The notes: generated from the sequence alone by a model not told the origin. A stretch of DNA of 45,332 nt from Octopus bimaculoides (GCF_001194135.2 NC_068991.1:33125096-33170427), one strand, 5' to 3'. Positions 25,643-37,989 are shown, counted from the first letter of the stretch. Numbers and translations: made by a program.

Positions 25643-26007
25643 TAATTGAGCAATGTGAACATTACATCAAATATAAAATGTAGAGCAATCTTTAGCTGCA
25701 CAAAGATATAGAAATTTAATGAAATTACATTTAAACAGAAGGACATATTTTTATAATTAAATCTAAACTCTCCAAGTAGAAGGGAGGAATACAAAAAACC
25801 ATTTTGACTTAGCCAGACCCTAGCCTGTATGGTCTGGCTAAGTCAAAATGGTTTTTTGTATTTTTCCTTTCTACTTGGAAAGTTTAAATGTAGTTACAAA
25901 AATATGTCTTTCTGTTTAAATGAAATTTCAGTAAATTTCTATATCTTTGTGCAGCTAAAGATTGCTCTACATTTTATATTTGATGTAATGTTTACATTGC
26001 TCAATTA
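25643..26007. repeat. Long palindrome (~177-bp arms, 11-nt loop); left end at a gap
   Basis: taattgagcaatgt...ttttgacttagccagacc [ctagcctgtat] ggtctggctaagtcaaaa...acattgctcaatta. Confidence 0.92.
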
Positions 26008-26317
26008 AATGGAGTCACATGAAATGATCATACTGCATTAACTTTGGATAGCCTTGTTGCTTATTTTGATTTTAATCACCTTATTTTGAAATTGTATGGG
26101 TAATACCATACTAAATTCTGGTACCATATTCACCTGAATCTAAATTTTGTATGTATATATATATATATATATGTATGTATATATATATACATATATATGT
26201 ATGTATGTATATAGGGAGAATTCACAAAAAAAACAAGATGAAGACACGTGGTGTAGACAACAAACAGATGTATTAGTATAACACTCGGGAAGTGAAAAAG
26301 TCTTTAATGTTTTGAAT

Positions 26318-26353
<36 letters not shown>

Positions 26354-26355
<2 letters not shown>

Positions 26356-26760
26356 GTGTAGGAGTGGCTGTGTGGTAAGTAGCTTGCTTACCAACCACAA
26401 GGTTTCGGGTTCAGTCCCACTGGGTGGTACCTGGGGCAAGTATCTTCTACTATAGCCTCGGGCCGACCAAAGCCTTGTGAGTGGATTTGGTAGATGGAAA
26501 CTGAAAGAAGGTCTTTGTATATTTGTATATATATATATATATCTATGTGTGTGTATATGTTTGTGTGTCTGTGTTTGTCCCCCCATCATCGCTTGACAAC
26601 CGATGCTGATGTGTTTATGTCCCAGTAACTTAGCGGTTCAGCTAAAGACCGATAGAATAAGTACTAGGCTTACAAAGAATAAGTCCTGGGGTCGATTAGA
26701 GTGACTAAAAGGTGGTGCTCCAGCATGGCCACAGTCAAGTGACTGAAACAAGTAAAGGAG
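26354..26760 (+). mobile_element. tRNA-derived SINE, full length
   Basis: AGGTGTAGGAGTGGCTGTGTGG...GGTTCAGTCCC head through GACTGAAACAAGTAAAGGAG; flanked by (TA)n on both sides. Confidence 0.92.
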
Positions 26761-27039
26761 TATATATATATATATATATATATATTTCATTTTTGTATTT
26801 GTTTTGCAAGATTCTTTATGTGAATTTGTGTGTTGAAGCATATTTTATTGTATTTTAATGTGTCTGGGGAGTCATTCTGTTTTAATGCTTTACTAATTAA
26901 CACACCAGTTCAATTTCCACTCATTTATCTTTTTTTTCTAAAATTTTCGTTGCTTCTTGCAATCTCTTCCATAGTCATTGACTTTGTCCATTATCAGAGC
27001 TGTGTTCTTTTTGTTTGTTTGTGTGCATGTGTATACACA

Positions 27040-27049
27040 TATGCATGTA

Positions 27050-27085
<36 letters not shown>

Positions 27086-27210
27086 CATATATATGTATGT
27101 GTGTGTGTACGTTTCGATGTATGTATTCTGCATATTCATGTGTTTGTGGTTCGTGTTTGTGTGTGTGTGTGTGTATGTGTGTGTGTGTGTGTGTGTGTAT
27201 TTGTGTGTGT
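27040..27210. repeat. (TG)n-rich microsatellite cluster
   Basis: Direct dinucleotide runs. Confidence 0.9.
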
Positions 27211-27299
27211 ACCACTGTCTCCTTGTGTTTGCATGTTTCAGTGTGTCAATGTGTATGGGTCTGTGTGGCTATTTATGTGCTTACTCTGGTGTACACATA

Positions 27300-28854
27300 T
27301 CATCATCATCATCGTTTAACGTCCGCTTTCCATGCTAGCATGGGTTGGACGATTTGACTGAGGACTGGTGAAACCGGATGGCAACACCAGGCTCCAATCT
27401 AATTTGGCAGAGTTTCTACAGCTGGATGCCCTTCCTAACGCCAACCACTCAGAGAGTGTAGTGGGTGCTTTTACGTGTCACCTGCACGAAAACGGCCACG
27501 CTCAAAATGGTGTCTTTTGTGTGCCACCCGCAGAAGAGCCAGTCCAGGGGCACTGGCAACGATCTCGCTCGAAAACCCTACAAAGGCCAGTCAGGCGGTA
27601 CTGGCAACGGTCATGCTCAAGNNNNNNNNNNNNNNNNNNNNNNNNNNNNNNNNNNNNNNNNNNNNNNNNNNNNNNNNNNNNNNNNNNNNNNNNNNNNNNN
27701 NNNNNNNNNNNNNNNNNNNNNNNNNNNNNNNNNNNNNNNNNNNNNNNNNNNNNNNNNNNNNNNNNNNNNNNNNNNNNNNNNNNNNNNNNNNNNNNNNNNN
27801 NNNNNNNNNNNNNNNNNNNNNNNNNNNNNNNNNNNNNNNNNNNNNNNNNNNNNNNNNNNNNNNNNNNNNNNNNNNNNNNNNNNNNNNNNNNNNNNNNNNN
27901 NNNNNNNNNNNNNNNNNNNNNNNNNNNNNNNNNNNNNNNNNNNNNNNNNNNNNNNNNNNNNNNNNNNNNNNNNNNNNNNNNNNNNNNNNNNNNNNNNNNN
28001 NNNNNNNNNNNNNNNNNNNNNNNNNNNNNNNNNNNNNNNNNNNNNNNNNNNNNNNNNNNNNNNNNNNNNNNNNNNNNNNNNNNNNNNNNNNNNNNNNNNN
28101 NNNNNNNNNNNNNNNNNNNNNNNNNNNNNNNNNNNNNNNNNNNNNNNNNNNNNNNNNNNNNNNNNNNNNNNNNNNNNNNNNNNNNNNNNNNNNNNNNNNN
28201 NNNNNNNNNNNNNNNNNNNNNNNNNNNNNNNNNNNNNNNNNNNNNNNNNNNNNNNNNNNNNNNNNNNNNNNNNNNNNNNNNNNNNNNNNNNNNNNNNNNN
28301 NNNNNNNNNNNNNNNNNNNNNNNNNNNNNNNNNNNNNNNNNNNNNNNNNNNNNNNNNNNNNNNNNNNNNNNNNNNNNNNNNNNNNNNNNNNNNNNNNNNN
28401 NNNNNNNNNNNNNNNNNNNNNNNNNNNNNNNNNNNNNNNNNNNNNNNTGAACATCTGCCACATACAAAAACTAACTTCGTAGTTAATCTGCCTTTGATAT
28501 TGCTGCACCTTTTATGTGTCCATAGCTTGCACCGGGTACATCTTATAGAGTTACTACCTACTCCTTTTCTGCATACTGAGCAGGGCCATCTACCTGAAGG
28601 TGTTTGTGTTTTATCTACCTTCCTACTTATTAGGACTTTGGTTTTTGCTAGGTTGACTCTAAGGCCCTTCGATTCTAGTCCTTGCTTCCACACCTTAAAC
28701 TTCTCCTCTAGTTCTGATAGTGACTCCGCAATTAGTGCAAGGTCATCAGCATAGAGGAGCTCCCAGGGGCAACCTGTCTTGAATTCCTCTGTGGTCGCCT
28801 GGAGGACTATGATAAATAGGTGGGGGATGAGGACGGAACCTTGGTGGACCCCTG
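27300..28854 (-). mobile_element. Young 5'-truncated RTE LINE spanning a gap; intact PHD-type finger at 28451-28582
   Basis: Minus strand GVHQGSV...GCPWELLYADD...WKQGLESKGLRVNLAKTK...WPCSVC...CGRC, with the 3' UTR and (GAT)n tail at 27300. The translation is nearly identical to 7122-7385. Confidence 0.9.
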
Positions 28855-28950
28855 ATATATATATATATATGTAAATAATATTATTGTTCTTTCTTACGAA
28901 ATATATAGAACTGCTAAAAAGAAGAGCCTGGGTCGAACCCGAAACAAAAA

Positions 28951-29574
28951 ATAAGAATTATGATATGATATACATATATTAATACATATCAACACATATG
29001 AAAAAATGCATGTAAATAAAACCCATGTGGGATATGTATAGAAGGAAGTGTGAGAAAAAGAGGACTGAAAATAATTTTTTTGTACTGATCTTAAAAGTGG
29101 TTAAGAGTTTCAATTAAAAGATCCATTGAGTTCGGTGTGTTTTTTAAAAATATAGATGGTATATAAAGTATATAATACAGTTTGAGGAGGTTCACTTTCA
29201 ACGGCTGTTTCTAGAGTTCATGTCCTGGTAGAAAATTAATAAATCTTACAAATCATATGGACAATGTCCCCTTCATCAGGAAAGGTATCCTCATAAAATC
29301 ACACCGAACTCTGTGGATCTTTTAATTGAAACTCTTAACCGCTCTTAACTTCAGTACAAAAAAATTTTTTTCAGTCCTCTTTTTCTCACACTTCCTTCCA
29401 TATGTATCACACATGGGTTTTATTTACATGTATTTTTATGTATATTTATATTTCATAAATATTAAAAAAAATATTCATGTGTTGATATGTATTGATATAT
29501 GTATGTGCATTTTAATTTGAATAATAAAGGTATGAGTATGATTACCTAATATGAGTTTATATCTTAATTCTTAT
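28951..29574. repeat. Degenerate foldback element (inverted arms of ~170-250 bp, ~150-bp spacer)
   Basis: Left arm atgtaaataaaacccatgtg...gaaggaagtgtgagaaaaagaggactgaaaa...gagtttcaattaaaagatcca..gagttcggtgtg matches the reverse complement of 29297-29440. The outer ataagaatta.gatat also matches 29559-29574. Confidence 0.85.
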
Positions 29575-29647
29575 GTATGTATGTATATGTATGTATAAAT
29601 GTATATGTATATATGGAAAACAGACATTTAATGATTATGATGATGAT

Positions 29648-29681
<34 letters not shown>

Positions 29682-29880
29682 TAAATATGTATATGTGTAT
29701 ATGTATATATACGTGTGTGTGTGTGTATTTGTATATATTATATGTGTATTAAATAAAAAAATTTGCTATTTTACAGAATGTTGACCCTTCAAAAATTAGA
29801 AACTAGAATCGAAAACAAAGAAATTTTAATTGGCATTTTGTTGTACTTTCTGAAAAAAATAATAGTTTTAATAATAAGCT

Positions 29881-30435
29881 CTTCTTTTCCTCCTCTTTCT
29901 TTTCCTTTTCTCTCCTCTTTCTTTTCCTTTTCTCTCCTCTTTCTTTTCCTTTTCTCTCTTCNNNNNNNNNNNNNNNNNNNNNNNNNNNNNNNNNNNNNNN
30001 NNNNNNNNNNNNNNNNNNNNNNNNNNNNNNNNNNNNNNNNNNNNNNNNNNNNNNNNNNNNNNNNNNNNNNNNNNNNNNNNNNNNNNNNNNNNNNNNNNNN
30101 NNNNNNNNNNNNNNNNNNNNNNNNNNNNNNNNNNNNNNNNNNNNNNNNNNNNNNNNNTTTTCCTTTTCTCTCCTCTTTCTTTTCCTTTTCTCTCCTCTTT
30201 CTTTTCCATTTCTCTCCTCTTTCTTTTCCTTTTCTCTCCTCTTTCTTTTCCTTTTCTCTCTTTCTTTTCCTTTTCTCTCCTCTTTCTTTTCCTTTTCTCT
30301 CCTCTTTCTTTTCCATTTCTCTCCTCTTTCTTTTCCTTTTCTCTCCTCTTTCTCTTCCTTTTCTCTCCTCTTTCTTTTCCTTTTCTCTCCTCTTTCTTTT
30401 CCTTTTCTCTCCTCTTTCTTTTCCTTTTCTCTCTT
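29881..30435. repeat. Polypyrimidine 22-bp minisatellite (ttttccttttctctcctctttc)n, partly gapped
   Basis: Direct tandem units on both sides of the N run. Confidence 0.9.
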
Positions 30436-30879
30436 CTATTCCATTTTCAATCCTTTCTCTTCCTCTGGGTCATCATCCTTCTTCCCAGACTTATCTTTCT
30501 TTCATGCTTCTTCCCTCTCTCTTTTACTTTTGTTTTTCTCTCTTCTTCCTTCTTTTCCTTTTCTCTTCTTCATTCTATCATTCACCTTGTTCCATCTTTT
30601 CTCTTTGAATAGCTCATTATCCTTCTTCCTGGACCTACCTTTGTTTCATGTTTCTCCCCTCCTCCCCACTCCTTATCCTCTTCTCTCCTCCATTCCGTTA
30701 TCTCTCTCTTTTCATCCTTAATCCTCATCAAATGTTTCTACTTGTGCTTCTAAAAGAAATGATATAGTTAATCTCCATTTGTTAATAAAAGGGGAATGAA
30801 GTGGTGGTTCCCCAACCCCCTTAAAAATAAGATTTTGTTTGCTAATGAGATGAGCATTTAAAGAATGACTGACTTTGGA

Positions 30880-31360
30880 GTGTAGCTGGCTCCATTGAGG
30901 GTAGACTCGTGAATTGACATCAAAATCTACAGTCAGTTATGGTTAACACCCAGTAATACATTAGCAACATTCTGGAAGTTGAACTACTTCCATGGGTAAA
31001 TGAGCAGTTTCAAGGGGCACTTTGGACCTTCCAACAGGATTCGGTATCATCCCACAGCTCCAAACAGAAAAACATTCTGTTGTTCATAAGCAAGAATGGT
31101 TCTCAAGAAGCTCCAATTGCAACCGATTGGATTTTTCTGTTTGGTCCATTATTGACATTTTGAAGGCAAAACTGCACCAGGAATGGACTTCAATTCAGCT
31201 GCATGCCATGTGTAAAACATTTGCACCTAGACTTAAGGCTGTAACTCGAAACAGAGGTGGTCATATCAAATAAGTGTGGTAGTGCTATAATTGCAATGCT
31301 TGGACCTCGCTTTTGCAAAATTGAAAAAAAAGTTGGTTGCCTTAATTTTCAGACATCCTG
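30880..31360 (+). mobile_element. Tc1/mariner transposase C-terminal relic (maT/DD37D-like) with right TIR
   Basis: YISNILEVELLPW...WTFQQDS..SHSSK, NRLDFSVWSI, C..F.PRLKAV..NRGGHIK*. It ends ggttgccttaattttcagacatcctg|TA. Confidence 0.85.
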
Positions 31361-31371
31361 TATGTATATAT

Positions 31372-32023
31372 ATGTCTACTACATATGTGGAAAATTGGTG
31401 TGTTTGTGGCATTGTTAGCTAACTCCTCCTAGATCGTTGTATTGATTTTGATGAAAGTTGATATGTGAGCAGAACTCATGTCTAGAAACCTTGTGACATA
31501 CTTAGATTGTTGAGAAAATTGATAATACAGCTCCTGGAAGGGACCTTTATATCTACCTCATACAACTAATTTTTTTTTAAACACCCAAGCGAAATAACCC
31601 ATAGCACCTGGACAATATTTTTTTTAAACACTCAAGAGAAATAACCCATTTCATTGTTTATGTTCGATTACTTTGAATATTGATTTTTTGTGTATCCTAT
31701 TTCTAATTCTTGCAGACAATATCACTTTTATACTTTATTTGACACGTGAGTAGAACTCATGTCTGGAAACCTTGTGACACACTTAGATTGTTGAAAAAAA
31801 ATCAATAATAAGGCCCTTCCAATGGATCCTTCTATCTACTACATATTATTAATATTTTATTTAAACAACCCAAGGGAAATAACCTGTACCACCTGCAGAT
31901 TTTAGCAAAGCGATCGATATTTGATTCTCTTGATCAGCCGACCTAATTTTGCATTTCACTACTCACAGTTTTGAACTGCTAAACATTATTATTGCACTTC
32001 CTTAATTTGAATTTTAAACATCA
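31372..32023 (+). mobile_element. Putative non-autonomous Helitron/Helentron-type element with internal ~280-bp tandem units
   Basis: TCTACTACATA-like heads at ~31372, 31547 and 31829. The block gagcagaactcatgtctagaaaccttgtgaca.acttagattgttga occurs at ~31467 and ~31747. A partial inverted copy lies at 6515-6725. The family assignment is inference. Confidence 0.45.
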
Positions 32024-33466
32024 AAGACTTCATTCACACATTTCTATACATACATACTTTTTTGAACGCCCTTTACTCTGATAATTCTGCATTTTTACAG
32101 TTACACTTTTTCCATGGCAGTAGATAAATTTTTTATTCCACAACGTATTTGTAGTGGCTTCATGCAGGCATAGTATGGATTCGATCTTTGATTGCCAAAT
32201 TTCACTTAACACTTCCACAGCACTATTCTCACGGTAAAACAATAGTTTTTCTGTGAATGACAACAGTTATACATTTCCCAGATACCTTCACTAAGCAGAA
32301 TAATGTTTTTGCCTCTCACCAACCTCTGACAACCTCTATCACCAACCTCTGACAATCTTTTTCGCCAACCTCCGAAAACCTCTCTTGCCAACTCTAATAA
32401 TCTCTCCCTCCTCCAGCTGAAAGGTTTTTGTACTTTTTTGTGATAAGGAACAAATAGACCTCCCTCAATACCGCCAAATTCCACTCAGTGGCCACATAGA
32501 CTCTTGCGCCAGAAACAAAAACCCCAAATTCATTATATTCCCTTTCTATCAATGTAAAGACAGAATCTTCACACAAGAAAGAATCAACAAGGAGAATCTT
32601 TTCATAGAGAAATTCCAACCATTTCTTAACACACACACCCCTCAGTGACCTTATTTCTCTATGAACAGACACAAACTTCCTGTTTGGAAAAAAAGAGTTC
32701 ATAACCCTAACTAAAAACACTTGTCTCCCCTTACACACACTTCCTGTTTTGACACCACATTTCCTGCTTAACACAAACTTTTAACCCTTTTTTTAAACCT
32801 AACAAAACTCTCAACTCTCATGCNNNNNNNNNNNNNNNNNNNNNNNNNNNNNNNNNNNNNNNNNNNNNNNNNNNNNNNNNNNNNNNNNNNNNNNNNNNNN
32901 NNNNNNNNNNNNNNNNNNNNNNNNNNNNNNNNNNNNNNNNNNNNNNNNNNNNNNNNNNNNNNNNNNNNNNNNNNNNNNNNNNNNNNNNNNNNNNNNNNNN
33001 NNNNNNNNNNNNNNNNNNNNNNNNNNNNNNNNNNNNNNNNNNNNNNNNNNNNNNNNNNNNNNNNNNNNNNNNNNNNNNNNNNNNNNNNNNNNNNNNNNNN
33101 NNNNNNNNNNNNNNNNNNNNNNNNNNNNNNNNNNNNNNNNNNNNNNNNNNNNNNNNNNNNNNNNNNNNNNNNNNNNNNNNNNNNNNNNNNNNNNNNNNNN
33201 NNNNNNNNNNNNNNNNNNNNNNNNNNNNNNNNNNNNNNNNNNNNNNNNNNNNNNNNNNNNNNNNNNNNNNNNNNNNNNNNNNNNNNNNNNNNNNNNNNNN
33301 NNNNNNTATACACATATATATACATTTGTTTAAATATATTTAATTAATTCAATAATAGGATAAAATCTTTTATAAGAATTTTATCAAGTAGTTAGCGTGA
33401 AAAAACTCATAAGGGAAAAAAATCCATCATTTATTCCACTAGAATATATTTATTTATATTTATATA

Positions 33467-33496
33467 AGGGCATTACTATAGAACAATGCCTCACGC
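33467..33496 (+). mobile_element. Solo left TIR of the AGGGCATTACT DNA-element family
   Basis: TA|AGGGCATTACTATAGAACAATGCCTCAC resembles the TIR of 44941-45021. No partner TIR found. Confidence 0.6.
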
Positions 33497-33959
33497 TAAA
33501 ACTACCGTAATAAACACATTTTTACCGAATGCGAGGAAATGCAACTCTCAAAAACTGGCTTCTCAAAAACGGACTTAACTATATATCGAACGATTTCACG
33601 ATTATTACAACAATATGTAACTTTCGATCATCAGTATATTATGGTCAAAATATATAAAAATAAACAAAAGATTCAACATATCAAAATGAACACCCCTTCT
33701 ACAGTTAGTTAAGTAAATAGTAATGCCACACTGGTTGTTGTTCATACCATTAGTAACTTCAACTAAGTATTTCCGATCTTCTCCTTGTAAGCGTGCACAT
33801 TATTATTATTATTATTTCTCCACTAAATATCCTGTACCTTGTTTTATCATTAACTTGCGTTAATATCCGTATAATAATATAATATATTGCTAGGTTATGA
33901 TGCTTTATTTATTTTTATATTTACTTTTTTCACTTTATATTAGTATATCATTAGTTTTT

Positions 33960-34380
33960 TCCTTAAGGAGAAAATTTTTTTATATTTGATGAACTCTCTT
34001 GGTTCTCTCCCTTCCACCACTTCTGACTTAGCAGTTTAACTTGCGACTTTTAGTTTTACTGTGATCTATTTTGCCCTCCTCTCCCCATTTTAATAATTTA
34101 ATTTAAACCTTTAGTATAACGTTTACAGCCCCCTCTCTTTATAATTCTATGTAAACAAGTGTTCTTACTTCTAACGGTCACTTACTTGGCCATGTAACAT
34201 TATAACTCGTAAGTTACCTCATCATTTCGCATTTGTCTTGTTTCTATATGTTGGTTCCCTGATGATGAATATATGTGGAATTCCAGCAGCTCTTACTTCT
34301 TTGGAGTAGAGAACACACATATTTTAAAACATGTGTAGGAATTAAAGGAACTTTTATTTATATGCGTTTTGCTCCATTTA
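33960..34380 (+). mobile_element. Probable 3' end/pseudo-LTR of a Penelope-like element
   Basis: Weak KEK..FI..L..LGSL.P-like end of a GIY-YIG ORF, followed by an AT-rich UTR containing a hammerhead motif. Confidence 0.5.
34254..34342 (+). ncRNA. Type I hammerhead ribozyme relic, probably inactive
   Basis: Stem I gttcc/ggaat; CTGATGA core at 34259-34265; stem II aatat(a)tgtg/caca(c)atatt with an inner hairpin; AAAAC in place of GAAAC at 34326; palindromic acatgt stem III; GTA cleavage triplet. Confidence 0.7.
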
Positions 34381-34772
34381 TTGTTATTATTCATATATAT
34401 ACCTATNNNNNNNNNNNNNNNNNNNNNNNNNNNNNNNNNNNNNNNNNNNNNNNNNNNNNNNNNNNNNNNNNNNNNNNNNNNNNNNNNNNNNNNNNNNNNN
34501 NNNNNNNNNNNNNNNNNNNNNNNNNNNNNNNNNNNNNNNNNNNNNNNNNNNNNNNNNNNNNNNNNNNNNNNNNNNNNNNNNNNNNNNNNNNNNNNNNNNN
34601 NNNNNNNNNNNNNNNNNNNNNNNNNNNNNNNNNNNNNNNNNNNNNNNNNNNNNNNNNNNNNNNNNNNNNNNNNNNNNNNNNNNNNNNNNNNNNNNNNNNN
34701 NNNNNNNNNNNNNNNNNNNNNNNNNNNNNNNNNNNNNNNNNNNNNNNNNNNNNNNNNNNNNNNNNNNNNNNN

Positions 34773-37700
34773 AGAGTCTGCAATAGAATACCTAAGATTA
34801 GATTAGTGCTACATCATGGATTAGCAACCATTATCTCAGTCTATGCCGCTCAGCCGGGGCTACCCAATGGACAGAAAGACCGATTTTATGACACCCTCTT
34901 GCTGACTAGCTCATTGATGAATGACAGGGACCTTCTCTTTGTGGCTGGTGACTTCAATGGACATGTTGTACAACATGCAGGGGGCTTCCATGGCGTACAT
35001 GGAGGCTATGGTTTTGGTTCCTGCAATGAGGAGGGAACCAGGCTGCTGGAGTTCTGTGATGCAAATGATCTTATGGTTTGCAATACTAACTTCAGAAAAC
35101 CTGCCAGTCATCTGGTCACCTACAGATCTGGTAGACACGCTAGCCAAATTGACTACATCCTTGTCAGAAAAAAGGAAAGATGGCTACTTATAAATGCCAA
35201 AACATTCCCGGGCAAAGAATGTACCCCACAACATGAACTTGTTGTTAGCGACTTCAGGATCAGGGCTAAATGGATGCCCAGAAGACGACCGGTATGGTGG
35301 AGAAGAGCCTGAAAGTTTAAAGATCCTGCGAATGGACAGAGATTTAGAGACTTATTACTTGAAGTTTTTGATGAAATAGAAGGGGATATAGCATCACATG
35401 ATGTGGAAGACAACTCGAGATTTCTACTGGACAACCTGCTGAGGGCCACTGATCAGATCTGTGGATGGTGCAAAGTCCCCTCTCGACCTAAAGTAACGTG
35501 GTGGTGGGACAATGTTGACAGGGCCATTAGGGAAAAGAAACGGGCTTGGAATGACTGGAAGGACATTGGTAGCTGGGAATTGTATCAGACTGCCAGAAGG
35601 GAAGCTCGGAGACAGGCTTATTTAGCCAGTGGGGAAGCAAATAAGAAAATATTTGCCAATGTTCTGTGCCATGAGGACCAAAGGCTTGAGATATTTCGTG
35701 TTGCAAGACAGTGTATGAGAGAGAATCATGATGTCGTAGGAGAGAAATGTGTCTGCATGAATGATGGTTCACTTGCATTAAATGAGGCTGCAAAGAGAGA
35801 AGTTTGGAGATGCCACTACGAAAGGTTGCTAAATAAAGAGAATGATAGTCTGCTGAATGCTGACCCAACAGAGGGACCAGCTATCCAAATTGACAGTACC
35901 TTGGTAGATAAAGCAATTAAGGGTATGAAGACAGGGAAAGCCCCCAGCCCATCAGGAATCACCGTAGAGATGCTCAAAATATCTGGTGGTGTCGGCTAGA
36001 GCCTAGTTACCTGTATAGTCAACTAGATGATATACCCAATGACTGGTGGTGCAGCACTGTAGTCAACTGCTACAAAGGTAAAGGTGACGCTTTAGATACA
36101 AAAAATTACAGAGATATCAAATTGTTGGATCAGGTAATGAACGTCACGGAGAGGGTCATAGCCCAACCAATTAGGAAGAGAGTCAGTCTAAATGAGATAA
36201 ACTTTGGGTTCGTGTCAGGGAAAAGCACCACTGATGCTATATTTCTGATAAGACAGCTGCAGGAGAAATACGTAGCCAAAGATAAACCTCTGTACCTGGC
36301 TTTTGTCGACATGGAGAAAGCCTTTGACAGGGTCCTCCAATCATTTATCTGGTGGTCAATGAGGAAACTAGGGATACATGAATGGTTAGTGAGAGCTGTG
36401 CATGTCATGTACAGGGATGTTGTCATTAAGGTGAGGTTTGGTACCGAGTACAGTGAAGAATTCCGGGTAGGGGTAGGGGTCCACCAAGGATCAGTCCTCA
36501 GCCCCCTCCTATTTATCATAGTCCTCCAGGCAATAACAGAGAAATTCAAAATAGGATGCCCCTGGGAGTTCCTCTATGCTGATGACCTTGCTCCAATTGC
36601 TGAGTCACTATCAGAACTAGAGGAAAAGTTTCAGGTGTGGAGGCAAGGATTAGAATCGAAGAGCCTTAGAGTCAACATAGCTAAAACCAAAGTCTTAATA
36701 AGTAGGAAGGCAGACAAATCCCTTCACTTAGATGGCTCGATCTGTAGAAAAGGCATAGGTAGAAACTCCATAAGATGTAACCAGTGTAAGCTATGGACAC
36801 ATAAGAGGTGCAGCAATATCAAAGGAAGGCTAACTGGGAAGGTGGTTTTTGTGTATGGCAAATGCTCAGGAGCAATAAACACTGAAAATGTGCAGAGAAC
36901 AGCTTTTGTCACATTCCAGGGAGAAAAACTAGAAGTAGTTGATAGCTTCCATTACCTAGGTGACCAAGTCAGTAGCGAGGGTGGATGCTCTGAAAGTGTA
37001 GCTGCTAGAATAAGAATAGACTGGGCAAAGTTCAGAGAGCTCCTACCTCTGCTAGTGACAAAGGCCCTCTCACTCAGAGTAAAAGGTAAACTGTATGACA
37101 CGTGTACCAACAGCCATGCTACATGGCAGTGAAACATGAGCCGTGACTGCTGAGGCCATGTGTAAGCTTGCAAGGAATGAAGCCAGTATGCTCCACTGGA
37201 TGTGTAATGTCAGTGTGCATACTCGACAGAGTGTAAGCGCCCTAGAGAGAAAAGTTGGACTTAAGACGCATCAGATGTGGTGTGGAAGAGACACGACTGC
37301 GCTGGTATGGTCATGTGTTGCGAATGGATGAGGACAGCCGTGTGAAAAAGTCTCACGCCCTAGCAGTTGAGGGAACCCATAGAAGAGGTAGACCCAGGAA
37401 AACCTGGGATGAGGTAGTGAAACATTGGGCCTCACTGAGGCAATGACTAGTGACAGAGACCTTTGGAGATATGCTGTGCTTGAGAAGACCCCACAAGCCA
37501 AGTGAGACCATAACCCATGGCCTATGCCAGTGGTGTATATCTAGCCCACTTATGAGTACCCTTCATTTCTTGGATAATAAACATTGCTTGTGAAGACCTG
37601 CACTGACATGGCCGATGATAGTACCGCCTGATTGGCACTCATGCCAGTGGAATGTTAAAAGCACCATCCGAGCGTGACCATTGGCAGGGCTGCTGACTGG

Positions 37701-37989
37701 CTCAAGCATGATTGTTGCCAGTGTCACCTTACTGGCACATATAAAAGAACATTCGAGCGTGGTTGTTGCCATTGCCGCCAGACCTGCCACCGTGCAGGTG
37801 GCATGTAAGAAACACCTTTTGAGCATGGTCATTGCCAGTACTGCCTGATTGGCCCTCATGCCAGTGGCTCGTAAAAGTGCCCACTACACTCTCGGAAGGG
37901 TATCCAGCTGTAGAAACTTTGCCAGATCAGATTGGAGCCTGGTGCAGCCTTCTGGCTCACCAGTCCTCAGTCAAACTGTCCAACCCATG
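34773..37989 (+). mobile_element. RTE LINE, near-complete ORF2 (APE C-half, RT, PHD, thumb) plus 3' UTR; degenerate, 5' end in a gap
   Basis: ISVYAAQ.G, FVAGDFNGHV, SQIDYILV, FGFVSGKSTTDAIF, LAFVDMEKAFDRV, GVHQGSVLSPLLF, YADD at 36575-36586, YLGDQV, RLRWYGHVLRM, GRPRKTWDEVV. The terminal (GAT)n is missing. Confidence 0.95.

Noticed and set aside
28930-28945. gggtcgaacccGAAAC as hammerhead stem II, or a B-box on the minus strand
   Set aside because: No upstream CTGANGA, no stem III, and no A-box or tRNA cloverleaf.
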